Source: an uncultured delta proteobacterium
GTDB lineage: Bacteria; Myxococcota_A; UBA9160; UBA4427
Assembly (NCBI GenBank): GCA_963822965.1
Contig: CAWGJT010000005.1
Coordinates: 1,024,001-1,088,000 of the forward strand
Reading direction: 5' to 3'
DNA: 64,000 nucleotides
Shown: positions 55,914 through 64,000 of the stretch, piece after piece
Layout of the letters: each line of letters starts with the position of its first letter
How positions within the stretch are numbered: the first letter of the stretch is position 1
Notes under the pieces: generated by a model
The model's database searches: none
Told to the model about the DNA's origin: nothing
What the model saw: only the letters and a program-made list of their open reading frames with translations
Made by a program: the position numbers and the translations under genes

Positions 55914-57356
55914 ATGCTCTTCAACTCGACGGCATTCCTGCTCTTCCTTCCCGTCGTGCTCGTCCTCCATCGGCTGTGTCCACGGCGGGTGAAGAGCGGC
56001 CTGCTGCTGATCGCGAGCTGGGTCTTCTACGCCTTCTGGGACGTGCGCTTCCTCTCGTTGCTCGTGCTGTCGACGGCGGTGGACTTCGTGGTGGCGGGCG
56101 CGATGGAGGGCGCAGCGCCCCGCAAGCGTCGGGCGCTGCTGGCGGTGAGCTTGGTTGCGAACCTCGGCCTGCTGGGCGTCTTCAAGTACCTGGGCTTCTT
56201 CGTCGCGGAGATGCGCGGGCTGCTGGCCGCCGCCGGCCTGGGAGCCCTCGACTCGCCCGCTCTCGACCTGGTGCTCCCCATGGGCATCTCCTTCTACACG
56301 TTCCAGACCCTCGCCTACACGATCGACGTCTATCGCGGCACCCTGCGTCCGTGCCGCAACCCCATCGACTACGCGCTCTTCGTCGCCTACTTCCCGCAGC
56401 TCGTGGCGGGCCCGATCGAGCGCGCCTCGCGCCTGCTCCCGCAGATCGAGGCGCACCCGAAGCCCACCCGCGCGACGTTCCACTCGGGCCTGGCGCTGAT
56501 GGTGATCGGCCTGTTCAAGAAGGTGGTGATGGGAGACGGACTGCTCGCCCCGTACGTGGACACGGCCTTCGCCGACCCGGGTGCCTGCCACGCGCCATAC
56601 CTCTTCCTGGCGGCCCTGCTCTTCTCCCTCGAGCTCTACTTCGACTTCTCGGGCTACAGCGACATCGCCCGGGGCGTGAGCCGCATGCTCGGCATCGAGC
56701 TGATGGTCAACTTCACCCAGCCCCTGCTCTCCGTGAACATCGCGGAGTTCTGGCGGCGCTGGCACGTCTCGCTGTCGACCTGGCTGCGCGACTACCTCTA
56801 CGTGCCCCTCGGAGGCAACCGCGGACCGGTCTGGCAGACCTACCGCAACCTCATGCTCACCATGCTGCTGGGCGGCCTGTGGCACGGCGCGAGCTGGAAC
56901 TTCGTGCTGTGGGGAGGGCTCCATGGCGTCTACCTGGCGCTGCATCGCGCGTTCCTTCGCGGCCGGAGGAGCAGCGCCCCCGCCCGCCGGGGCTCCCGAT
57001 CCGCCGCGCTGCTCGCTGCAGGCTCGACACTCCTGGGTGTGATCGGGACGAACCTGCTGGTGGCCGGCACGCTGATCCTGTTCCGCGCACCCGATCTCGC
57101 GACCGCCGGCGACTACTTCGCCGGACTCGCGCCGCTGGTCGAGGATCCCGGGATGGCCGCCCTCGCGCTGTGCGCCCTGGCCCTTCACCTGCTGGTGGTG
57201 CTGGCGTTCGATCTCGCGCCCCGGCTCACGGGTCGGGACGACGCGACGGAGCTGCTGCCGGGCTGGGCGCGCACGTGCACCTACGCGATCCTGGGCATCG
57301 CGATCTGGACCGCGTGGCCGGCCGACCGCTCTCCGTTCATCTACTTCCAGTTCTGA
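55914..57356 (+). CDS. MBOAT O-acyltransferase (AlgI/DltB-like)
   Basis: MLFNS, LPMGISFYTFQ, FPQLVAGPIER, YFDFSGYSD, FWRRWHVSLSTW, GLWHGA, FIYFQF. Confidence 0.93.
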   Translation: MLFNSTAFLLFLPVVLVLHRLCPRRVKSGLLLIASWVFYAFWDVRFLSLLVLSTAVDFVVAGAMEGAAPRKRRALLAVSLVANLGLLGVFKYLGFFVAEMRGLLAAAGLGALDSPALDLVLPMGISFYTFQTLAYTIDVYRGTLRPCRNPIDYALFVAYFPQLVAGPIERASRLLPQIEAHPKPTRATFHSGLALMVIGLFKKVVMGDGLLAPYVDTAFADPGACHAPYLFLAALLFSLELYFDFSGYSDIARGVSRMLGIELMVNFTQPLLSVNIAEFWRRWHVSLSTWLRDYLYVPLGGNRGPVWQTYRNLMLTMLLGGLWHGASWNFVLWGGLHGVYLALHRAFLRGRRSSAPARRGSRSAALLAAGSTLLGVIGTNLLVAGTLILFRAPDLATAGDYFAGLAPLVEDPGMAALALCALALHLLVVLAFDLAPRLTGRDDATELLPGWARTCTYAILGIAIWTAWPADRSPFIYFQF

Positions 57357-57429
57357 GGGGAACGCCGGGACGTCGTGAGCCAGACTGACGGAGACGAAGC
57401 GTGAACCACCGAGACGGAGTCGAGACGCG

Positions 57430-58410
57430 GTGAGCCACCGGGACTTCCTGCTGGCGGCCGTGCTGCTGATGGCCAGCAACGTGCTCTGGTGCGGCGCCGG
57501 GGACGAGCACACGCCGGAGGGCGCCCGCGTCTTCTCCTACCGCAGGACACTGGGCGAGCTGCGACGCATGCCCGCGACGCCACCGGCGGAGCTGCTGGTC
57601 CTGGGCGACAGCCGAACCCGGCAGCTCGACGTGGACGCCGTCTGCGCCGCCATGACGCCCCGTCCGGCGCGCTGCATCAATGCCTCCTCGACGGCGGGCG
57701 ACTGGGTGACCGCCTGGGACCTGTACCGAGCCGCCGAGCCGCTACTCGCGGCGGACGCGACCATCGTGCTGGCGGTATCCGACTACTGGCTCGAGATGGG
57801 CGGCCGGGATGCCCTCGGCCTGATTCCCCGGAGCCTCGCCTACGCGCGGCTGGGCGACCCGATGACGACGGTCGCCTCGTACCTGCCGGCGAGCCGCACC
57901 CGCGCCGCGCGGATGCAGGCGGTGCGCGAAGCCCTCGAGCGGGCCGCGCGCAGCCTGCAGGCGGCGCTGACCGACCTGCCCGAATCGCCCGTCCCGAGCG
58001 ACGCGCCGGCCGGCGACGTCGACCTGCCGCACTCGAACGTCGACGAGTGGTTCCGTCCCACCCGCGAGACCGATCGCGTCGCGCAGCTCGCGCGCGCGAG
58101 TCGTCTGCTCGACGCGCTGCAGACCGGACGGCACCGTGTGGTGCTGGTCTACCTGCCGAATCCCGCCGTACGCGACGGCTACGTGGACGAGCGCTACCCC
58201 GGGCGTCGCGATCGATTCTTCGGCGCGCTGCGGCAGCTGGCGGCCCTGCACGAGGTGCCCGTCGTGGACCTGTCGGGTCGCCTCCCGGCGCGCCGTCTCT
58301 ACCGCGACTTCCATCACCTGAACCGGCGTGGCAGGAAGGCGATCGTTCCGATCCTCGCGCGGGAGCTCGACCGGGCCGGGTCGCGCGCCGCGGCGAAGCC
58401 GACGGGCTGA
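57430..58410 (+). CDS. SGNH-like periplasmic acyl-transfer partner (AlgJ/DltD-like)
   Basis: LVLGDSR and DFHHLN motifs; N-terminal anchor; directly downstream of the MBOAT gene. Confidence 0.7.
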   Translation: MSHRDFLLAAVLLMASNVLWCGAGDEHTPEGARVFSYRRTLGELRRMPATPPAELLVLGDSRTRQLDVDAVCAAMTPRPARCINASSTAGDWVTAWDLYRAAEPLLAADATIVLAVSDYWLEMGGRDALGLIPRSLAYARLGDPMTTVASYLPASRTRAARMQAVREALERAARSLQAALTDLPESPVPSDAPAGDVDLPHSNVDEWFRPTRETDRVAQLARASRLLDALQTGRHRVVLVYLPNPAVRDGYVDERYPGRRDRFFGALRQLAALHEVPVVDLSGRLPARRLYRDFHHLNRRGRKAIVPILARELDRAGSRAAAKPTG

Positions 58411-58413
58411 CCG

Positions 58414-59232
58414 ATGGTGGTGGTCGAGCTGCGCGATCGCGCACGAATCGAAGCCTTCCTGCGGCGCGACAGTGCGGCGCACGTCTACGCCCTCGCGGAC
58501 CTCGACGCGCCCTTCTGGCCGGACACCCGCTGGCTCGCGGGGCTCGAGGGGGACGAGGTCGTGGCTCTCGTCCTGCTGCTGCAAGGACTGGCGATGCCGA
58601 TCGTCTACGCGATCTGCCCGCGCGACCACGAGCCCACGGCACGGCTCCTGGCGCGCGTCGCTCCCGAGCTGCCGGATCGCTTCTTCTACAACCTGGGCCC
58701 GGGCCTCGCCGCACGCCTGCAGCCGGGCTTCAGCATCGCGTCCGCCGGCACGTACTGGAAGATGCGCTTCGTCGCCCCTGCGTCGCACGCGCACGCTGCC
58801 GTCGACGCCGGAATCGTCCGGCTGGGACCCGAGGACCTGGAGGAGCTGCGCGCCTTCCTCGATCGCGACGCCTATCTCGCCCACGAGACGGGCGGCCTCT
58901 TCTTCGAGCCCCGGATGCTCGCGTCGGGCGGCTACCGCGGCCTGCGCGAGGGCGGCGCCCTGGTCGCGGTGGCCGGGCTGCACGTCCACTCGAGCCGCTA
59001 CGGGGTGGCCGCCGTCGGCAACGTCGTGACGCGGCCTGCCGCACGGGGCCGCGGCCTGGCACGCCGCGTGTCGGCGGCCGTGCTCGAGGCGCTCGGCCCG
59101 GAGATCGAGACCGTCGGGCTCAACGTCCACGAGCAAAACGAGCCCGCCCTGCGCTGCTACCGCGGCCTGGGCTTCGAGCCCGTGTGTCCCTACGAGGAAG
59201 GCGTCGCGACGCGCTCGGGCCGGAGCGACTGA
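58414..59232 (+). CDS. GNAT acetyltransferase
   Basis: GNVVTRPAARGRGLA acetyl-CoA motif; NEPALRCYRGLGF. Confidence 0.88.
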   Translation: MVVVELRDRARIEAFLRRDSAAHVYALADLDAPFWPDTRWLAGLEGDEVVALVLLLQGLAMPIVYAICPRDHEPTARLLARVAPELPDRFFYNLGPGLAARLQPGFSIASAGTYWKMRFVAPASHAHAAVDAGIVRLGPEDLEELRAFLDRDAYLAHETGGLFFEPRMLASGGYRGLREGGALVAVAGLHVHSSRYGVAAVGNVVTRPAARGRGLARRVSAAVLEALGPEIETVGLNVHEQNEPALRCYRGLGFEPVCPYEEGVATRSGRSD

Positions 59233-60455
59233 CCGGACCGCTTCTGCAGCGCCAGGCGGCATGCCTCCACGATGTGCTCGACCATGGCATCGAGGGTCGC
59301 CTCCTCTTCCGCCAGCCGGCGACCGGCTTCGCCCATGCGGGCCGCGCGCTCCGGGTCGCGTGCCAGCGATTCGATGGCGCCCCGGAAGTCTGCGACCTCA
59401 CCCGCCGTCGGCCGGATGCCCGTCTCGCCGTCGCGCACCAGGTCGTACTCGGTTCCGTCGGCCTGGTGGACGATCACGGGCAGCCGGCGGGCCAGGGCCT
59501 CGGAGATCACCATCCCACCGCGTCCGGGCAACGCCAGCACGTCGGCGGCCCGGTAGTACCGAGCCAGCTCTCCGGGCGGTACCGGCCCGGTGAACACGAC
59601 GTTCGTCGTGCCGCGCTCGCGCAGCCGCGCCCGCAGGGGCTCGAGCAGGGGGCCGCCGCCCACCACCAGTGCGCCCACCCGTTCGGGATCGAGACCGGCG
59701 ACCGCGTCGACCAGCACGTCGGTCCGCTTGTCCGCCTCGAGGGCGCCGACGGAGATCACGGTGAAGCGTTCGCCAAGCCCCAGCGCGGCCCGGGCCTCGC
59801 TGCGGGTCGAGCGGAGGGCATCGGCCGCCGCCCGGTGCCGGTCGACGTCCGAGACGTTCACCGCCACGACCACGTCCTCGGGCGCGTGTCCCATGGCGAC
59901 CATCACGTCCCGCCCGTAGCTCGAGTACACGAGGAAGGCATCCGCCAGGCCCTGCAGACGAAGCTTGACGCGATTCACCAGGCGACTCGCATGATCGACG
60001 CCCGGCAGCCCTCCCAGGCTCCAGTGCACCAGTCCGCGGTCGCGACTCCTCCCCCGCACCCGGGCCGCCGTCAGGAACCCCAGCAGGTGGCTCTCGCCCT
60101 CGGCGAGCACCACGTCCGGCCCGAACTCGCGGAGCGCGGTGGCGAGGCCCCGGTGGAGCGGCAGCACCCGGCGACCGAGGCCCAGCCAGCGGGTCGGGAG
60201 CCGCACCACGTCGAGTGGGGACAGGTCCGGGGCGCTTCGGACCTTGCTTTCCGGCAGGTCCTCGCCGATGAAGAGACGAACCCGAAGATCCGGCCGGGCG
60301 GCGAGCCGGCGAAACAGCTCGAGGCGGTAGCTCGTGCACACCCGCTGCAGGATGGCCAGGGACAGGGGGCGCGTCGCGGGCGGCTCGGGAGAGCCGTCTG
60401 GCGCGGCGGGGGCGTCGGGTTGGAAGGACACGGACGGCAAGCCTGCGCGAATCAC
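59190..60455 (-). CDS. Glycosyltransferase family 4 (GT-B)
   Basis: SVGALEADKR, VGGGPL, YYRAADVLALPGRGGMVISEAL, VRDGETG. Start is uncertain. Confidence 0.88.
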   Translation of the reverse strand: MIRAGLPSVSFQPDAPAAPDGSPEPPATRPLSLAILQRVCTSYRLELFRRLAARPDLRVRLFIGEDLPESKVRSAPDLSPLDVVRLPTRWLGLGRRVLPLHRGLATALREFGPDVVLAEGESHLLGFLTAARVRGRSRDRGLVHWSLGGLPGVDHASRLVNRVKLRLQGLADAFLVYSSYGRDVMVAMGHAPEDVVVAVNVSDVDRHRAAADALRSTRSEARAALGLGERFTVISVGALEADKRTDVLVDAVAGLDPERVGALVVGGGPLLEPLRARLRERGTTNVVFTGPVPPGELARYYRAADVLALPGRGGMVISEALARRLPVIVHQADGTEYDLVRDGETGIRPTAGEVADFRGAIESLARDPERAARMGEAGRRLAEEEATLDAMVEHIVEACRLALQKRSGQSLRPERVATPSS

Positions 60456-60515
60456 CAGGGGGGTGCAATACGCGCGAGCGGTCTACAGTTTGCGTGTTCG
60501 GGGTGGGGGGTCCGC

Positions 60516-61133
60516 ATGACGCACGACCACAGGACGACCGCAGTGCGCGCCCTCGGCGGCGCGACGCTTTGCCTGCTTCTGATTCCGCTGCTGCTGGCAG
60601 CCCCGGCCGCCAGGGCGGGCGAGCCCATGTTCGGCGGGGAAGACTGGTACGTGACCGCCGCCGGCATCGTGGGCATCGACAACGCCGGCGTGCGCGGCGG
60701 GAAGCCGAGCGGGGGCGCTCTCCTCTCGGCGGGCTTCCGCTTCAATCGCTGGTTCGCCACCGAGGTGGGCGGCGAATGGGCCCAGCGCTTCCGCTACGAC
60801 GAAGGCACCGGGCCGGTGAGCTGCACCGGAACGGGGGGCGAGAGCCGCCGCTTCACCGCCTGGCAGGTCACCGCGGGCGGACGCCTCTACTTCTCCGAGG
60901 GCCAGTTCCAGCCCTTCCTGCTGGGCCACGGTGGCTTCATCCAGACCCGCGACAGCGGCGGAGGCCGCTCCTGCATGGGCACGGGCTTCGTGGCCCGCAT
61001 GGGCGGGGGCATGGAGGTGTTCGTCACCAACGGCCTGGCGGTGAGCCTGATCGGCGCCTACGTGCTGCCGGCCAGCGGGAAGGCCGAGGGCCACGACTAC
61101 GTGAGCATCGGGCTCGGCATCACCTGGTACTGA
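60516..61133 (+). CDS. Outer-membrane beta-barrel protein (OmpA-like TM domain)
   Basis: Signal peptide ending ARA; AGFRFNRWFATE; C-terminal YVSIGLGITWY beta-signal. Confidence 0.75.
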   Translation: MTHDHRTTAVRALGGATLCLLLIPLLLAAPAARAGEPMFGGEDWYVTAAGIVGIDNAGVRGGKPSGGALLSAGFRFNRWFATEVGGEWAQRFRYDEGTGPVSCTGTGGESRRFTAWQVTAGGRLYFSEGQFQPFLLGHGGFIQTRDSGGGRSCMGTGFVARMGGGMEVFVTNGLAVSLIGAYVLPASGKAEGHDYVSIGLGITWY

Positions 61134-61734
61134 CCGGGCCGGAGGTCGCGGTCGCCGCCGCAGGCCGAACGCGCTCGTTGCGGCGTCGGCCGCCGTCGAT
61201 CACGAGGTCGACCGCCCGTCTGAGCTCGGGCGCCAGGGAGCCGGGGGGACCCTCCCGGGCGAGCCAGCTCGCGATCGTGCCGCAGACCGAGACGTAGAGA
61301 ATCTCTCCCATCTGTCTGGGACTGAGGTCGCGCCGCAGCACGTCCCCCTGCTGGCCCTGCTCGAGCCACTCCACCAGCACCGCGGGCGCCGCAGCCGGGA
61401 ACCGGATCCTCGACCAGGCGCGAGCGGCGAACTCCCGGTCCTCCTCGACGGCTCTCGCCAGCAGGACGCACACCGAGCGGAGGGCCGGGCGCAGACCGCG
61501 CTGTCCCTCGTCCGCCGCCCCTCCGAAGACGGCTTCCACACCGTCGTGGGCCCACTCACCCAGCACCGCCTCCTTGCTGCCGAAGTAGTTGAAGAAGGTG
61601 GCCTCGCTCAGATCGCAGCGGCCGACGATCTCGCGCACGGTGGTCGCCTCGAATCCCTGTTGGCGAAACAAAGCGATCGCGTTCTCAATGATTGTGCTAC
61701 GGGCGCGCTGCTTCTTGGCCTCTCGCAGCCCCAT
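61120..61734 (-). CDS. TetR/AcrR family transcriptional regulator
   Basis: MGLREAKK...LFRQQGFEATTVREI...SEATFFNYFGSKEAV. Confidence 0.92.
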   Translation of the reverse strand: MGLREAKKQRARSTIIENAIALFRQQGFEATTVREIVGRCDLSEATFFNYFGSKEAVLGEWAHDGVEAVFGGAADEGQRGLRPALRSVCVLLARAVEEDREFAARAWSRIRFPAAAPAVLVEWLEQGQQGDVLRRDLSPRQMGEILYVSVCGTIASWLAREGPPGSLAPELRRAVDLVIDGGRRRNERVRPAAATATSGPVSTR

Positions 61735-61786
61735 CGTGACACCCCCGAGAAGAACCATTTGGAAGACATTATATAAACTTGGTCAT

Positions 61787-61806
61787 ACAATGATTTCAAG
61801 CATTGT
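61787..61806. promoter_or_regulatory. Probable operator inside an AT-rich divergent promoter region
   Basis: ACAATG-N8-CATTGT inverted repeat within a strongly AT-rich patch (about 61755-61840). Confidence 0.5.
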
Positions 61807-61913
61807 TAAAATTTTTGTTGATTCCATATATCGATCTCTCTGTACCGGGCCCAAGCTGAGATTCGCGCCGATGGACGACTTGCGGTAGAAGCTCGTGCCG
61901 GAGGATCCGACGC

Positions 61914-62525
61914 GTGGCAAAGCTCGAGCTCTTCTTCGACTGCTCGAGTCCGTGGACCTACCTCGCCTTCCACGGGATCGAGGAGCTGGCCGCCGAGACC
62001 GGGGCCGAGCTGGTGTGGAGGCCCATCCTGGTGGGGGGCGTGTTCAACACCGTCAACTCGAGCGTCTACGAGCAGCGGGCGAACCCCGTCCCGGCGAAGC
62101 TCCGCTACTACGCGAAGGACCTGCAGGACTGGGCGCGCCACGCGGGCATCCGGATCGGCTCGCCGCCGGTGTTCCCGGTGAACAGCGTGCGGGCCATGCG
62201 GGGCTGCTTCGTGGCCCTCGACGAGGGGATCCTGCCCCGTTATGCCCGGGCCGTCTTCGAGGCCTACTGGGGCGATCTGCAGGACATCTCCCAGCCCGAT
62301 GTGCTCGCTGCCATCGCGGAGCGGGTGGGGCTCGTGTCGGACCGCTTCCTGGCCCGCATCGAGGAGCCCGCCGTCAAGCAGCGCCTGCGCGACACCACCG
62401 ACGAGCTGATCGCGCGCGGCGGCTTCGGCTCGCCCACCCTGTTCGTCGACGAGGACGACATGTACTTCGGCAACGACCGGCTGGTGCTGGTGCGCGAGGC
62501 CCTGCTCGCCGGGAGACGCGGATGA
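61914..62525 (+). CDS. 2-hydroxychromene-2-carboxylate isomerase / DsbA-family (GST kappa-like) protein
   Basis: FFDCSSPWTYLA, WRPILVGGVF, FPVNS, GGFGSPTLFV, FGNDRL. Confidence 0.9.
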   Translation: MAKLELFFDCSSPWTYLAFHGIEELAAETGAELVWRPILVGGVFNTVNSSVYEQRANPVPAKLRYYAKDLQDWARHAGIRIGSPPVFPVNSVRAMRGCFVALDEGILPRYARAVFEAYWGDLQDISQPDVLAAIAERVGLVSDRFLARIEEPAVKQRLRDTTDELIARGGFGSPTLFVDEDDMYFGNDRLVLVREALLAGRRG

Positions 62526-63388
62526 GCGCCGCCGCCAGGGGGCTCTCGCCCGTCGAGAAGCTCGTCCGGCTCTTCGCCCTCGAGCCCCTGGACCGCGACC
62601 TCTTCCTGGGAGACCCCGGGCCCGGCGAGCGCCGGCTGTTCGGGGGCCTCGTGGCCGCCCAGTCCTACCTGGCCGCCGCCCGCACCCTGGACGACGGCGA
62701 CGCGCGGCCGCTCCACAGCCTGCACGCCTACTTCCTGCGACCCGGCCGCTACCAGACCCCCATCCGCTTCGTCGTGGACCGCATCCGCGACGGCCGCAGC
62801 TTCACCACCCGGCGCGTGGTCGCCCACCAGGGCGGAGAAGCCATCTTCAGCCTGTCGGCCAGCTTCGCGCGGATCGAAGCAGGCGTCTCCCACCAGGACG
62901 CCGCCCCCGCCTCCGCCGACCCCGAAGCCCTGCCCGAGCACCTGGGAGGCCCCTGGCGCGCTCCGGGCATGGCGGAGCACAACCCGATCGAGATGCGGAG
63001 CCCGGACGGCCTGCTGGCGCCCGGCGACCCGGTGCCCCGGGAGCGGATGGTCTGGATGCGGCCGCGCGGCCCGGTCGCCGACGACCCGCTGGTGCACACG
63101 GCGCTGCTCGTCTACGCGAGCGACCGCAACCTCGTCAGCACCGCCGTACGCGCCCTCGACGAGCCCCGCGACAGCTTCCAGATGGCGAGCCTCGACCACG
63201 CCCTGTGGATGCACCGTCCCGTGCGTTTCGACGACTGGCTGCTCTTCGTCTCCGAGAGCCCCGTCGCTCACGGCAGCCGCGGCCTCATCTTCGGATCGGT
63301 GTTCGAGCGCGACGGTGCCCGCGTGGCCTCGGTCGCCCAGGAAGGCCTGGTGCGCCAGCGCCGCCGGGGCCCGACGGCCGCCGGCTGA
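62522..63388 (+). CDS. tesB: Acyl-CoA thioesterase II
   Basis: LFGGLVAAQS, HSLHAYFLRPG, RDGRSFTTRRV, YASD, ASLDHALW, ASVAQEG. Confidence 0.92.
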   Translation: MSAAARGLSPVEKLVRLFALEPLDRDLFLGDPGPGERRLFGGLVAAQSYLAAARTLDDGDARPLHSLHAYFLRPGRYQTPIRFVVDRIRDGRSFTTRRVVAHQGGEAIFSLSASFARIEAGVSHQDAAPASADPEALPEHLGGPWRAPGMAEHNPIEMRSPDGLLAPGDPVPRERMVWMRPRGPVADDPLVHTALLVYASDRNLVSTAVRALDEPRDSFQMASLDHALWMHRPVRFDDWLLFVSESPVAHGSRGLIFGSVFERDGARVASVAQEGLVRQRRRGPTAAG

Positions 63389-63399
63389 CCGGGAGTCCG

Positions 63400-63427
63400 C
63401 CGGGGCCCGGTCCGTCCCGGGCCCCGG
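63400..63427 (+). terminator. GC hairpin after tesB
   Basis: CCGGGGCCCGG-tccgtc-CCGGGCCCCGG 11-bp stem; no U-tract. Confidence 0.4.
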
Positions 63428-63675
63428 GCGGGGCACCGGAGCCCGCCTCTCCGGCTCCTTCGTGCGTATCCCGGCGGCAAGCCACCGGCACCCAGTCGGA
63501 GGATGATCCGCACCTGCCACAATCCGGTGGCAGCGGGCACCTACCCCTGGTCCCGTCGAGGGCCCTACGACATTCCGCGTCATCCGTCGCATTCCCGCGT
63601 AGTACCATGCGGCTGCGAGAACGGCCGAGCGTCGGGACCGGCGGACGGACGGCCCAGACCTGGAGAGAAGCTTTC

Positions 63676-64000
63676 ATGGTGCAGCAATCCCCCACGACAT
63701 CGGACGTCGACACGCGCGCACGCGGCAGCGGACAGGGCGTCCGCAAGGCGGACGCCTGGAAGACCCGGGACCTTCGGGCGAGAGCGCTCCGCTTCATGGT
63801 TCGCTGGCGTTCCCGCATCCCCGGCTGGCACGAAGAGGCCATGGGCGTCCTGGCCGCCGCCGAGGCGGGCGGGGTCCGGGTGCTCGAAGCGGCCGTGCCT
63901 TCCATCGGCGACCCCAAGCTCCGGCGCATCATGCTCAAGCACATCGAAGACGAGAAGCGCCACACCCAGGGCTTCACGGACTTCGCCCATCGCATGACGC
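63676..64000 (+). CDS. Ferritin-like di-iron protein, N-terminal part (runs off the window)
   Basis: Hand translation gives MVQQSPT...LAAAEAGG...DPKLRRIMLKHIEDEKRH with an E...ExxH di-iron pattern; GGAGAG RBS. Confidence 0.65.
   Translation, partial: MVQQSPTTSDVDTRARGSGQGVRKADAWKTRDLRARALRFMVRWRSRIPGWHEEAMGVLAAAEAGGVRVLEAAVPSIGDPKLRRIMLKHIEDEKRHTQGFTDFAHRMT

Noticed and set aside
51794..61133. 1864-aa, 1253-aa and most of the 1214-aa ORFs
   Set aside because: Antisense or off-frame shadows of lolC/E, the metallophosphoesterase, MBOAT, GNAT and GT4; only 60516-61133 is a credible gene.
63389..63675. Structured ncRNA or riboswitch upstream of the ferritin-like gene
   Set aside because: Only generic GC hairpins are present (63400-63427 and CTGCCAC/GTGGCAG near 63514-63533); I recognise no family motif without an Rfam scan.

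Overview
Very GC-rich, gene-dense bacterial chromosomal DNA. Gene content suggests a Myxococcota/Deltaproteobacteria-like lineage (inference only). There are about 55 CDS; I found no rRNA, tRNA, CRISPR array or transposase. The flanks (1-12.9 kb and 32.6-64 kb) hold lipid/acyl-CoA and redox metabolism genes plus many envelope-glycan enzymes: three GT-C-like membrane transferases, an STT3/AglB-like oligosaccharyltransferase, an MBOAT+SGNH pair and a GT4. The standout is a ~19.5 kb envelope locus at 12990-32540. Its leftward operon encodes two exported CXXCH (heme c motif) proteins, one of them a LamG-like lipoprotein, then a Tat-exported DUF1501-like protein and an atypical ExbD/MotB, TonB-like, large secreted protein, lipoprotein, ExbB motor set. 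Divergently transcribed is a DsbD, TlpA, DUF4266 (GGCGCN tail), DUF3570 beta-barrel (two SGA[S/T] motifs), ApbE flavin transferase operon. Converging on it is an OMP plus an orphan GspD-type secretin with a SPOR-like tail. CRP/FNR-like boxes lie in both control regions. Genes between ~20.4 and ~28.4 kb are broken by many single-base frameshifts, most likely local sequencing errors, so they were reconstructed by hand across frames and their coordinates are approximate. All family names come from motif recognition, not database searches.
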